Shown here: positions 49,184 through 62,650 of the stretch, one piece after another
Layout of the letters: the number at the start of each line of letters is the position of its first letter
How positions within the stretch are numbered: the first letter of the stretch is position 1
Assembly: GCA_030704615.1 (NCBI GenBank)
Contig: CM060731.1
Coordinates: 6,572,001-6,636,000 of the forward strand
Length of the DNA: 64,000 nucleotides
Source: Takakia lepidozioides
Taxonomy: Eukaryota > Plantae > Bryophyta
Direction of reading: 5' to 3'
The notes under the pieces: model-generated
Told to the model about the DNA's origin: nothing
Database searches by the model: none
Seen by the model: only the letters and a program-made list of their open reading frames with translations
Position numbers and translations under genes: made by a program

Positions 49184-52100
49184 CCTCAAACCTGCAGGTA
49201 CCACTGCTGGAAGTTTGGGTCAACTCTGCCATCGACATTGGGAAGGTGACATGACGCACAATTACGCACATGGTCTTTCCAAATCATGCCATCCCGACCC
49301 TCCAAGATCAGGACTCCTGAGGGCAACACCTCTCGAACCCTCAGAATAACACGCCCTGCAATGACATCCAGGGTCATAGGAGCAGTCTGCTGCAAATAAA
49401 CATAGTCACCAGGGCTAAACCTCCGAACCCCGGGACGATATCCTCTACCATGTATAGTGGCATACCTCAACATATCACGGTATTGTGCAATGGCAAGGTT
49501 CTCAAAAGCCATGGGCATGACTTTCTTGAACAACTTTGCACGTTGATCACATACACGTACCCACACGTCTGGATCGTCAAGGTTAAGGACTTGAGCAGTG
49601 TCCCTACGAATGGCTGCAGACAAATCCGGCTCTCCGCCAAAGAGAAGAAAATATGGTGAGAATGAGGCAAGTGATGCTTGCTTGCTGAACCTGTAGCCCA
49701 TGGCTAACCAAGGCACTTGAAGATCCCAATCTCCTAGGTGTCCCTTCTGCAAGCCATACTTGCGCAAACCCCTCTTCACCGTCTGAACAACTCTCTCTGC
49801 CAAGCCATCGGCCTCAGGATGATCCCGAGAAGTGGTGCGGTGGTCTATCAAGGCTTTATCACACAAAGCCTGAAACTCCCCCAAGAACTCTCTCCCTTGG
49901 TCCGTGAGCACCTCAGCTGGAGCACCGAATCGGCTAAGCACACAATCCAAGAATGCATATGTAGCCCCCTCACTAGCCTTGTCAGGCAATGGAACCAGCT
50001 CAATCCACTTGGAGAAGTGCTCCACCATAATCAACACATATCTGTGGTGGCGCATAGTCAGTGGCAAAGGTCCTGCGAAGTCAAGACTCCACCTGTAGCC
50101 CAATCCCATGATCGGAAGAGGATGCAACTGGAATGTAGGGGCGTTGAATGAAGCACGCACCCTGTCACACACCATGCACCTAGCCACGAACCGTTGTACC
50201 TCTGTGTGCATACCACACCACCAATACTGCCCTTGCAGTAGACTGTGAGTGCGTCGCACTCCAAAATGCCCCAACTCCTCATGGGCATGCCGCACTAACC
50301 GTGCACGCTGTGTTGGGTAAGGTACAATCCTCACCCGACCATCCTCCCACACTCAAAACAGGTGTATCCCCTCCCACTTGAACCTCTTGGCTCGTTGCAG
50401 GATCCGATCCCTCTCCATGGCAGTCACAATGGCGGCCGTGTCTCCCGTGCGGAGGTAGTCCAACACAGTTGTAGGTCCAACCTGACTTCTCGATGCCAAG
50501 ATACACAAAAATGCAGATGCATGCCATCCCGGCACCATCTCCTCGTCCATCTCACCATGCCACCGAGCTGATGTGTCATCCTGCTGCAACTCAATCCATC
50601 CGCATCCCGATTGATCAAACCCGGTCGATGCACAACCTGAAAGTCATACTCCTGGAGTATGAGTGCCCACCGTGCAAGCTCCCCCGTAAGCTTGTCTGAC
50701 TCCATCACTAAGCATTCTCCTTCATATGAGCTATACTTAGCCTCTGCAACGTTGTTCGAGCGGCTAGCATAAGCCACTACAAACTCTCTTCCCTCATCAT
50801 CCACCTGTGTGAGCACCGCTCCAAGCCCCAACATGCTCCAATCCGTATGCAGCTAAAAGGGACGCCCCCTGATAGGTCGTCTCAGGATAGGCGCCGAAGA
50901 CAACCTCGCCTTGAGCTCTTGAAAAGCTCGTTCCTGGTCATCTTCCCACTGCCACTCCTGGTCCACCTTGGTCAGCTTGGTTAGAGCCTTTGCAATGGCA
51001 CTAAATCCCTTGACAAACCGTCTATAATAGTTTGCCAACCCCATGAAAGCTCGAACTCGGCTCACATCCGTGGGGCGTGGAATTTGTGCAATGGCCTCTA
51101 CCTTAGTGTGCTGTACCCCCAATCCTCCAGGATATATCATGTGACCCAGATACTCAATCTGGTTGTGGAAAAACTTGCACTTCCCCGGATGCAACTTCAA
51201 TCCGTGCGCTCTCAAGCACTCCAATACCACCTGAAGGTGTCTCTCATGCTCCTCCACCGTAGCACTAAAGATAATGATGTCATCTATGTAGCACTGAGCA
51301 AAGTCCACCCCTGCTAGAATCCTATCCATGACTCTCTGAAACTCTGCAGGAGCGTTCTTAAGCCCAAATGGTAAGAACCGCCACTAATATAGGCAATCCT
51401 TGCCGTGCTCATTGATCCCCCAGAATATTGTCTTCTGCTTGTCCACCTCCTTAATCGGCAACTGGTGATATCCGGATCGTAAATCCAAAGTGCTAAAGAC
51501 CTTAGCATGCCCTATGGCATCAAATATTTCCTCAGGTGTTTGCATGGCATACTTATCGGATTTGGTCTGACGATTTACAGGCCGGTAATCACCGCACATA
51601 CGTCTCTCCGTCCAATTGCCATAAACATACTTCTTGGCTGGCATCACTGCGGCTGAAGCATACTCTCCACCAGAGAGCTCCACCAAACCTGCCTCCCAGA
51701 GATCTTGAGTCCTCATCTGAATCAAAGACCTCTCCATGTCACTGTATCTATAGGGTCTCCGAAAGATTGGCCTGTTAGTGGCCAACTCAATACGGATCTC
51801 TTGACCCTTCAGTGCTCCCAAGTACTTCAAACTGAAGGCAAAGCAATTCTTGTAAGCCCTGAGGAACCGCCGTATATGTTGTCTCTCTCCTCCGGTGGCA
51901 ATGGGTCCAATGTCAGGCTCCCAATTGTCCTCCGTAACTGCAACCTTAAGTCCAGTGGGCTTAGAGGTAGAGGACGCGTCTAGTGGTTGCTATGTTGCAA
52001 CCTCTTGAGCAGTACTCCCTACCTGCTCAGTCAATGACAAGGCCTCATCCTGCCCCATCATCTCATCCTCAAGGACTTCCTCAACTCGAGAAAAATCCCC

Positions 52101-52299
52101 AACCTTATCCATCACCGCCACCTTGGCTGCCAACTCCCTCTGAACCTCAAGCACCTCCCGCGTGTGCCAAGGATGCCTGCACCCCGTGGTCCTCACATGC
52201 TTGCCCCCATTCACTGCCTGTACCGTCTCGGTAGGTAGAGAGACCATCGAAGGAAGTGTACTCCGTACTCTGCGTTGCTCAGCCATAGCCAAGCTGATA

Positions 52300-53250
52300 A
52301 TCCAGGTCAAGCAATTGAGATCCATTTCTTGCCCCAACACTTGACGGCGTGATGCCTTAGAAAGAGACGGCATCGCCGTGGTACCAGTGGTAAAACCCAT
52401 CGTCCGCTCACACTCGTCAGCATTAGGCTCCACTAACTGCTGCAACTGAGCATCCCAGATGAGGCCAGGTCCACTATCCCGGAAAGCGTGCGATCCTGGG
52501 AAGCTGAGCAGTGTAGGTAATGCTGCTCGTGGTTGACCCACCCTGTTGATCACTGCCAAAGGCGAACGGTCATCGTGTCTCACACGCTAAGACTGCCTCC
52601 CTGTGTCCAAAATGTTATCCACTGTGAGGTGTGCTGGCCGCTGCACCCCATCAAATGCACGCTTGAGCAGTGCGGGTGGCATCAAGTTAGTCCACCATAG
52701 CCGTGGACGATGAGCCCGTGACCCCACTATAGCTGCATCTAGCAACACTGCTGACCCAAGCCACGATCGGACTTGATGCACACTGGCCATCACCCTGGCC
52801 CGAGAATTGCCCATCAGTGGCACATTCTCCAAGATATATGCTAGAGATACAGCTTGATGAAGCTGTAAGTGGCGCAAAACCCGCACCATCTCCCAAAACA
52901 GACCCAACCTTGAGTCTCGCAATCCATTGCCATGCCCGGCTGATGAATGCCCTTGGCAGGGCCAACCTGCCACTACCAGATCAATAGAGCCAACCCGCTC
53001 CAAATCATGCGCCCCCAACAACGAAATGTCTGCTGGCAAGGCCTGCTGATATCCACGAACTGCAGACACCGGCAACAACTCAGGGTACTGTTGCACCAAT
53101 TGAGCAACATAGCGTAGGGAGATACGTCGTGTGCAATCTCATCCCTCTCCACATACAAGTAACGCCGAACTCGCACACCTGCCTGTAACACAACATCCAA
53201 TCCGGTGTTGATCCCATCAAACAAGTCCAGAAGACAAATGTCTTCATCCG
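52300..53250 (-). pseudogene. C5 cytosine DNA methyltransferase domain within gypsy pol
   Basis: LLDLFDGI (I), YVERD (II), DLVVAGWPCQ (IV; PCQ at 52953-52961), ILENV (VI; 52821-52829), AHRPRLWWTN (VIII), ECERTMGF (IX) and RRQVLGQ (X). One frameshift and one stop. Confidence 0.9.
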
Positions 53251-56200
53251 GATACTGCCACACAATAGGTGTGGTGTCCAATGGAGACAACTGAGGTGGT
53301 CCTGGTGCAATCCCCGCACTCTCCTCCTCTCCTGATGGTACAAAAGCCTCAACCCAGGCTTGTTGCACCTGTCGATCAGCAACCCGCTGCAAATCCTTGC
53401 TCGTGCCCCACAATGGAGTGTGAGCAACCATGACAGGCAACTCTGCCATACCATACATGTCATCCTGCTCTCTCGGAGGTGACACATCCTCTGAATGAGC
53501 ATTGCCCTCAAGCAACTCTCCATGCCAACTCACTGCAGCTGTAATGCTGCTAGTGTCGACATCTTGCCTCGTTGGGCAACCGCAACTCCTCCTATGAACG
53601 TCACAGGGAGCTGCACATGCCGGCCCTCCCCTGACTGCCATCCAGGCCTATAGGAAGCTGACTCCTCCCAAAAATCCAGGGTGAAGCCCATGGGGTACAA
53701 CACTGCCCCACCAACCAGGACATCGTACGAGACCGCGTCTGTCACAATGGCCTTGGCTCGCATCTCTTAGCCATCTGTAGGGTGATCCGGCCGTAGTCTG
53801 ATAGCCAACTCACGTCGTGTCATGCCCCGAGCCTCCTCCGATCCTCCCAAAGATGTCTGTATCTGGAAAGGACAAGGCTCTATATCCGCCTCCGTGAGGC
53901 CCAAGCCTGCAATAGCAGCTCTGCCCAACATCAATGGCTGAGCTCCCGAGTCCAACAAGACTCGCAGGGGCCGGTGTCTCTTGCCTGCCGGTCCACTCAA
54001 ACAAAAAATGTCATCCTGGTTGTCTAATATGACAACTCCAGGTGTTACCATGACGCGCTCAATGGCTGGCCTAGCTGGCAGCTCCATCAACCTGGCAGCT
54101 GCAGCTTGCCATGGCGCCGTCGTGGCAGTCTTGACCCTCACATCCGAGGATCCCTCCAGCACTACACCTCCCACTATCTCCGCAGAAGATGAAGTAACCT
54201 CCCCACTCTCACATAGTGTAGCTGCCAGCTTGAATATCTCAGCTGGTCTTACCCCCGGCGTCGCAATCATGGTAGCCAAGAACAATGGAGCCTGGCACAC
54301 AGATGTGGCCGCCCCCAGCAGCACACTAGCTGCCGTCGCCTTGGCAACACTAGGTAGTGGTGTTGCCCGTGTAGCTCTCCCCAATGGCATAGTAACCTCC
54401 GCCTTGGTAACAGTCGGGCGAGAATTAGGTGCCATGGATGGCGTCGACACTGTCTCCGCCAATGTGAATGACTGAGGAAGCCTGGCTTGACGGCTTGCTT
54501 CCCCACGCTGTGCATCCAACTCCACCTCTGCACCTCGTGGCTCAGGAACTCGTGCTGCTCCTCCGGTCACTGCCGCCGACTCCACTTGCACTAGTGGTAG
54601 TGCTGCCCCGCACATGAATCCCATGCCTCCCATATCTCCTCCCTCAGGAACAAGAGGTGGACCATCCGGCCTCGGAGCCGGTACCACCTGAGCTGTAGCC
54701 ATGGCCGCGAGCCTCTGCTCTAGCTGCTGAAGCCGGTTGGCCATGCCTTGGTCAACACCCTGACCTCCGCGTCCTTGGCCATGTTGAGCTTGCCCTTGGC
54801 CTGCACCTTATGCCTGGCCACCTCATCCTCTCTGGGCTGCTCCACCTCGCCCCCGGCCACCATTGTTCCCTTGGAATTGGCCTGGGCGCAACTCAGGATG
54901 CAAACCATAACACTGGGCCTCTCCATGCCCGTGCTTGCCACAATGCCCACACTGCAATTGTGCAGGTTGTGCATGTGCCGGCTCTTTGCCTCCCTCTGGG
55001 CGATCCTTCTTGACATGGGGTCCTCCACTGTCCAACACACCACCTCCGCCCGTTGTTGGCCTGCAAATGAAGGGAGAGACCCCTGCATCTGAGGTCCTCT
55101 CTGTCCTTCCCTGGGCTTCATATGGACCCCCTTGTTGCCTTGAGCACGTTGAGGTAGTGGTTGGCTAGGAGTACCACTACCCCGTGGTGTCTCCTTAGCA
55201 AATCCCACCATGACCACTCGTTCCTCCACCATGTTGAGCTCTATCCGCTCTGCCAGCAACTAAGGTGGGTTGGGCCGTTTGTAGGAGAGTTGCATCCCGC
55301 ACCCTTCTCCTCAGCTCCTTGTCCAATATCCCATACCAGAATTGGACTGCCTGAGCTTCCGTAACCCCTTGGGTTACATTTATCAAGCGCCTCATGCGAG
55401 TGAAAGCCTCCCTCAAGCTCTCAGTAGGCTTCCGTTGGAACTCTTGCAAGCTCCACAACTTCTCTGTCCTCACCCCTTGGTAGTTCCCTCTCAACTAGTA
55501 TTCGAAGAACTCCACAACAGGGTTGAAGGCAGGCACGGGTACTGGTGCTGGTGCGGTAGTGGCTTGGGTGGACGTCGTAGCTACGGTACCACCAGTCCCA
55601 CTAGTCCCACTGCTGCTTGCTGAAGCTGCCAGTGCAACGGCAGGTGTAGCCAATGCCCTCGTGGCTCTAGTTCCCCTAGTGATGGAGACATAGTCGGGTG
55701 ACCAGTACATCCTCTACTCCTCGATCTCAACCTCATGCCCCCGCCTGAACTCATGGCAATCATCCATAGGCGGCCCCTCAAGGTGCTGAAATAGCCCCTT
55801 CCATGCCATGAAAGACGTAAATAGTTGTGGATTGCGCATTTGCTGCAAATCACACCAACTATCAAACTCTTGGATAAAATCATCCAACTCGATGGTGCCC
55901 ACCGCCCCAGAGTACCTTCGTGGACTGGCCGGTGATCAAATCCGGACCACTCACCTATAAAAACAAGCGCCCACACAAAACTAACATTGCGCACAGTCAA
56001 GCATGCAGGTATGGAGGGGATCCAAACACAAGAAATCAAAACAACAACTCCCCCACACCAAAAACAACTCCACGGTGTTGCTCCTGCAAGGACACCCCAG
56101 CCCAAACCCGGACTGACTCTTGCCTCCACTTACGGAACTTGGTCTTGGCCTAATGAGAGGGTGGAAAACTACGAGGAAGAGAAGTTAAAGCAATGCCTAG

Positions 56201-56394
56201 CCCCAGCATGCCATCATCCCAACACTCTTTTTCTCATCTCTTCCCTCACTTGCATGACCATGGGAATATCATGAAGATATTCCTCAAACCGCCCTCCACG
56301 AGCTTCAAAATTCGGCCTTCAAGACCACATGCCAGTCCTTAGGCAGTCCACCAGTGCCTCCATGAGTCAGCACAGGCCGTCCACAGGTCAACAC

Positions 56395-56800
56395 GGGCCC
56401 CACAGCCCATCACAAAAGGCCACATGTCACAGCCTGTCACAGCCCCTCACAGACCCACACGCCACAGGTCAGAGCCCTACATAGGTCACAGGGTCACAGC
56501 CCCACCGGCCTTAGCCTGTCACACCCTGTCATAGCCCATCACAACCACATGGCACAGCCTGTCACAGCCCTACACAGGTCACAGGGGTCACAGCCCCAAA
56601 GGCCACAACCTGTCACAGCCCCTCACAGCCCCTCACAGCCCCACAGGCCACAGGGCACAGCCCATCACAGCTTGTCACAGCCCCTCACAGCCCCACAGGC
56701 CACAGGGCATAGCCTGTCACAGCCCCTCACAGCCCCTCACAACCCATCACAACCCATCACAACCCCAAAGGCCACAGGGCACAACTTGTCACAGCCCTAT
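56395..56800. repeat. (GT)CACAGCCC-rich minisatellite-like tract
   Basis: Same motif as inside the family C LTRs. Confidence 0.7.
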
Positions 56801-58149
56801 CCATGGCCACTCATGGCAGTTTCACCATTTCTCCAAGGGGTTTAGCCACGCCAAGCTAGGGTTTGTGTCTCCTGGACTCTAGGCTTCTTTGCACCAAGCT
56901 ATGGCGGCTGTGAGGAAATCAGCAAGGTATTCTTGCTCTTTATGGCCCCCACACACCACCAATAGTAGCTCTAATTCCAAAAGAAGATGTTTGCAACCAA
57001 AATAAGTGCACAAGCTTCCTTTTAACTCACAAAACAACGCCATCAATTGATCCCTATGGCGACTAACCAAACATGGCTGACTTCCAGCCTTTGTAGGCAC
57101 TCATTCACGTGTTTTTCTTGACCATAGCATGCCCTTCACACCTAATCCAGCCCTTACACCTGCTGCTTCAAGAGTTGTGCTCCCTTCAAGCTTGAAGTTG
57201 AAACCCCAACTCACATATGCCCTACAAGTGCTTTTATTTCATCCCAAGTGGAAACCAGCCCTAGCCCATGCAAGAAATGAAGCAAAGGAGCTGATTCTCT
57301 TATGGTGAGAGTGGGGCATGTGTGGAGCATGCCTTTAGCCCATTGAGACTCTTGTTTTCAAGCTTTAGAGAGCTAGAACGGCCACAAACTTGAAAATACA
57401 AGCTTCAGCGGGCTGAAAGCATGCTCCACACAAGATCATTAAGGACCAATTTCGAAAGAGAAGGATTAATATACATACCCGAGTCGGGAATATGTAGACA
57501 TGTATAGCAGCAATATGTGCAGTAAGTGTTTAGAAGCCCTGACCATGTTGCATAAATCTGACTTAGTGAGTAGCCTCAGTTAACCCACTGGATGTCACCA
57601 AAGTCAAGATTAGACTTTCAGAAATGAGACATGCTGCAAATTTGAAGTTCTAAGCTATGCAGACCAATTTCAACTCCCCTAAAAACACCAAAGCACCCTA
57701 TGTCTAATCATGGAAAACCTGGCTTTCGTACCACAGATTTATGATGGCTAGAAAAAACAGGAAGTTAAGATCAAACCCACCACTGAATTTGTTAGGTCAA
57801 ACCAAATATTGCCTGTTTTGAAAACCAAAAAAAGAAAAAATGTACCCCCTAAAACACCAAGTCTGGAGAATTGAACAACAAAATCAATAGACTGGGGAGC
57901 AGTCTACTTGCACAAATAAGATTCACAACAACAGATTTCCGGCCTGAATAGCTACCTGCTGATGATGCTTTGCAAACCTCCAAAAAACAAGCACTCACTA
58001 TTCAGTGGGTACCTGTGATACTGTTTGTAGTTGCAACAGTGCCATAGAGATCCTCACTTAGGGCACCAGAGAGAAACACTGGTAAAAACTACGAACTCCA
58101 AAGCAGAATTTCAATTCTGTGGAGAGCCTGGGTGGGTGAAAACAGCACA

Positions 58150-59980
58150 AGTGGGTGTTGAGTAGAAATTTTTTTGGCGTGAATCCACTTTGGATAATGT
58201 GAGTGTGCACCTGCTTTCCAGCTTCCAGACCTTCCATCTTGATGCACTTAAGCAAGAGACAGACATACATATCTGAATTTGCTGAAATGCCTCCTTGGTT
58301 TAGAGTCTATAGAGCCTCTATCAGGCTGCCTGCCGCACAAAGTATCTTCACGTGCCCAGAAGTGCCAGAAGGGCATTGTGGACTCCCTCTCTTGATCCTG
58401 TAATTTCAGAAGTTGTGGTCATGGTTGAGGTGCCTGATTTTATCAACTGTGCAACTGCTGCCTTTAGTTGACCATCTACCCATGCAGGTTTATTGTAGCT
58501 ACTGATCCACCTGTATTGATGTGTGTGTCCCACACAAACCACCATAATCTTTGTTGTCATTGCCATGTTTATTATCAAGATGAAAGCCAAGTAAACCACG
58601 GCCGAATCAAGGTAATCTGGAGCTTGAAGTCCAGCCCTCTTGGATGAATCTGGACCCACACTCTATCCCTGCTCCTTCAGCTATCCATACCTCTGCACAA
58701 ATCATGCATACATCCTTGCCTTGCAGCTGATAATGACAGCCTAGATTTATTCTAGGAAACACCCAACTCAGCTTATTACACTAGTTCCTATACTGAATTG
58801 CGTCTGCTACTCTCCTGTAATCTAACAGGCATTCACATTTTTGCCTCGGTGTCCCACCATTGACTGGGGTCAGAAAAGTATTCATTCCACAGCTTCTCCT
58901 CATCTCTGTTACGTGGTTTTGGATACTTTTCAGTTGTCACAGTAGCAGTATCATGTCAAAGTCACTCCAAACTAGATTCACTCAACCAACTAACTTACAG
59001 AATTCAACATGGAAATTTAGGGCCGATTCTGATAAGAGAGAAAATGTGTTGAAGAAGGTGCCTTGATTACCAGTGCCTGGTTTTATCAGTTAGGCCGCTG
59101 CTGCTGCGGCATCCAGTTGACCATCTACCCATGCAGGTTTCTTGTAGCTATTGATCCAAGGAATCATAGGTAATCTTGGCCCTCTTGGATGAATCTGGAC
59201 CCAATCTCTATCCCTGCTCCTTCAGCTATCTCTGCCTCTGCACAAATCATGCACACATTTTTGTCTTGCAGCTAGCAGCTGACAATGACAGCCTAGATCT
59301 GTTCCAGCAAACACCCTAACCCTACTTATCACACAAGTTCATATACTGACTTGCGCTTCCAACAAGCATTCACCTCTTTGCACCAACGAGCTAACTTGCA
59401 GAATTCAACCTGAAAATTTAGGGACGACTCTGATAACAGGGAAAACAGGCTGAAATGTGTTGACGAAGGTGCTCATAGGTCTCCAAAGCCTCCATCCCGC
59501 GCCCTTGCTGTGCATATCCTACAGTCATCGCACTCCACGATACCACATCTCGTTCAGCCATACTGTTGAACACTCCCTTTGCACCCTCGATACACCCACA
59601 TTTTGCATACATGTCCACGAGAGTACAGTTCTCCTTCCCACGGCCTTGCTGTGCATACCCTGTAAGCATCGTTCAGCCATACTGTTGCAAACTCCCTTCA
59701 CATCCTCGATGCACCCACATTTCGCATACATGTCCACGAGGGTGATATTGCAAACTTAAACGAATGTGACCCGGTCCGGCTTCACCCCTTCCCGCATTAT
59801 TTGCTCATACGTCTCCGAAGCCTCTATACCACGCCCCCATTGTGCATATCCTCGCCCTTCCTACATCATTTGCTTAAGAATAAGCTCAAGAAAGTTGCAT
59901 CAGTGCTCAAGAATAGGTCGCAAAGCCTCAACCCCACGCCCTTGCATTGCATATCCTGCTATCATCCTGTTCCATGACAT
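58150..59980 (-). pseudogene. Second decayed PDF-motif/PPR gene copy
   Basis: 58150-59340 is paralogous to 46450-47400. PPR text includes [33 protein letters not shown] and SWNRMIAGYAMQGRGVEAL. Confidence 0.75.
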
Positions 59981-61280
59981 AAGTTCTCCCTTGCTTCGGC
60001 TCGATACTACGAAAACATATGGTAGCGCGGGAGACAAAAAGAGGCTAAGTCCCAGCCCTCTGTGTTCACGGCTGAACGTGGGCAACCCTAAAGCAATTTT
60101 TTGAATTTTTTAACTTTTTGCACTTTGTGTTATTCCATTGACACAAGTGCTTTGTTAAAGATAGATGGATGAGGTCATCCAATGGATAGGTTATGGTTCG
60201 GATAGAGCCCACATCTGAAAGGAGGCAGTACCCGCAAAGGGAAGAGGCTCTTATTTACGCTAGCTACGGTTGGCATCATATATATATATAGGGGGGTGCA
60301 GGTGTTAAATTCGTCCTAAACGAAGAAGGGAAAGATAACATTTATTAGCTCTAAAATATCTGGAGTAGGGCCGTGCGGCCGGAAATCACTGGCTAGCAAT
60401 TGTTAACACTAGTGTAGCAGGCTGGTGCGGCCGGGGCCTAAGAGCATCCTTCCATGTGGGAGGAGCCCGGCCCGCAGAAAGAAGAGTTTGCCGACCGCTT
60501 GGAGAAAATAGCCGGGCTCTCGAGTGCGTTTCCACTTCTATGTAGAGCTCTGCGACCGGGTGCTCTTTTTGGACTTTAGCATGAGGTGGTAGAGGACACT
60601 CCAGGTAAGCGTGACTTTAATGTGACGTGGAAACCAAGTACACGCTGCAATCAATTCGCGGTACTCGGCGCTCTGTTCCCATTTTATGGGGCTGCACTAC
60701 CGATACGAGAACTCGTCCACCGGCCCTGCCGCCCCATGCATGGAAGTGAGAAGCGTACCCGGCCATTTTTGTCCGTTTCCTCCCTTAAATGGTGGGCCGG
60801 GTACATGGAAGGCTGCTCTAAGGGGCTAGGCCGTTCTCTCCTTCATTTGAACTGCCACCTATGCTTTGTGGGCCTTGAATGTTGCATTCTTTGCCACGGA
60901 GTTGGGTTGGAGAGGGAAGCCATTGTGAAGGGCGGAAGGAATTTTTGTCCTTGTTTTCTTTGACATCGTAGCTGGGAGGAGATTCCTCCCGTGAACCCCT
61001 CTTTTAGCTTCCAAAGTTTATTTTTTATACTTTAATTAATATAAAAAAATGACAGGACCTAATTAGTATAAATTAACATACTTTTATTGGGCATTGTAGT
61101 TTGGTAGGGACGATCAGAATACATGGCTGAAGGCGGTGGAGACCGACGTCGACCAAGACACGATAATCATGAGACGGGCCCATCACCGAAAATGGGATAA
61201 GAAGGTGCCAAAGATTATTAGGGTTGCATACGTCATGTCGGTTTTTTGGATATACCAGTAAAAAAAAGTTAAGGATAACT

Positions 61281-61536
61281 GACGGTCGCATGTATATATA
61301 TTTTAAATTATATACGACCGTCAAATTATGGTGGTCGCATGAATTTAGTTTTTTTTAATTACAAGCGACGGCCAAATTATGGCGGTCACATGTATATATT
61401 TATTTTTTAATTACATGCAACCGCTAGTTATTGGCGGTCACAGCTATTTGTTTTTTTTTTAAAATATGTGCGACCGCTAATTTTCGGCTGTCGTACCTAT
61501 TTTTTCGTATTTACTAATTAAATATTGGCGATCGCA
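61281..61536. repeat. Degenerate array of GCGACCGC...GCGGTCGC inverted repeats in AT-rich DNA
   Basis: Same motif family as 14482-14777. Confidence 0.7.
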
Positions 61537-62489
61537 TATTTTTTTAATTTTTTTCATTAACTACATGTCATCGTCACCGTGTCAACAACATGGCTGCTGA
61601 AGTGGCATCCGGTGCGGTTCCTGTCAAATCACCGTACCGATTTAATTCGCCGCTTCTTGCTTCACTAATTTCCTCACCCCCTCTCTGTGCTTCACTAGAC
61701 GTTAAAGAAACTTTATCCTTTTATCCCTTAACTTTTTGCTCCCATTTACCTCCTGTTCCCCTTGGTACCACTCCCATCTTCAATTGCTCTCCTAGTTGTC
61801 ATAAAGACCACCTTCCATTACCCTTCACATTGCTTCCCCCCTTCCCACTCCCCTTGCTCGTTCCAATCCACTTATCTCCTTAGAGGTCCCTGAACTCACT
61901 ATGGCTACCCTTAGAGAGTCGAGAATAACCGTGCCGAGGTTCCAAAACTTCAAGGACTGCTTGTGAGATACCCGCCGCCATCCACATAAACATATGTAGA
62001 GATTAGTAACCCACGAGCATTGAGAGCCCACTTTGCGACCAAGAGTTAGTTGAAGCATCCAAGCGAGTTGTAAAGCAAACAAGTGTGGAGAACTAGTTCG
62101 GACGAGATTGGGTAGCACGTGAGCACAAGGGCATATTCCCCGAATTTCCATGAAATTTCCGAGAAAATTTCCACAACGAAATGAATTTAACGAAATTAAC
62201 AATTATGCGAAACTAACACATGAAGAACAAGTAGCCCCTATATCTGATGAACATGTTACCCTATAGGCGTGGCTTTTTCTCCATAAGAGGCGCGAGAGTG
62301 GGCAGTGAGGCTTCACCTCAACTTTAAGGTCCTTTGCCTTGCTTACCCAAAAAAAAAATCACCCATGCGAAATTTCGCCTAAGAAGCAATCACATTGTGG
62401 CTAAAAGGATGAATATGTCACTTTTCAAGCCCCCACCCATTCTTTTTGGATGTAGGATTTTTGGTTGATGGGATTTCTCAATGCAAAAC

Positions 62490-62650
62490 CCACCGCTTGC
62501 TTAGTTTGTGCCCATATCACCAGTATTTCTCAGTGCGAAATTCACCGCTGCTTAGTTTGTGACCATGTCACCAAGTATTTCTTAGTGCGGAATTCACCGT
62601 CGCTTAGTTTGTGCCCATATCACCAAGTATTTCTCAATGCGAAATTCGCC
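62490..62650. repeat. Tandem repeat, about 3 x 52 bp
   Basis: CTTAGTTTGTGCCCATATCACCAAGTATTTCTCAATGCGAAATTCACCG units. Confidence 0.75.

Larger units (their letters stand above)
49115..55960 (-). mobile_element. Decayed Ty3/gypsy element D: gag-PR-C5 MTase-RT-RH-INT-PHD; LTRs not identified
   Basis: Colinear minus-strand fragments: gag with CGHCGKHGHGEAQC, LLDSGAQ protease, C5-MTase, CYIDDIIIFS RT, RNase H (VVAYASRS) and integrase (SLDF, TDQG, GLAER). Confidence 0.88.

Noticed and set aside
48480-58100. LTR pair and PBS for the MTase-gypsy element
   Set aside because: I could not match the left and right flanks or find a convincing PBS or TSD by eye, so the boundaries are left undefined.
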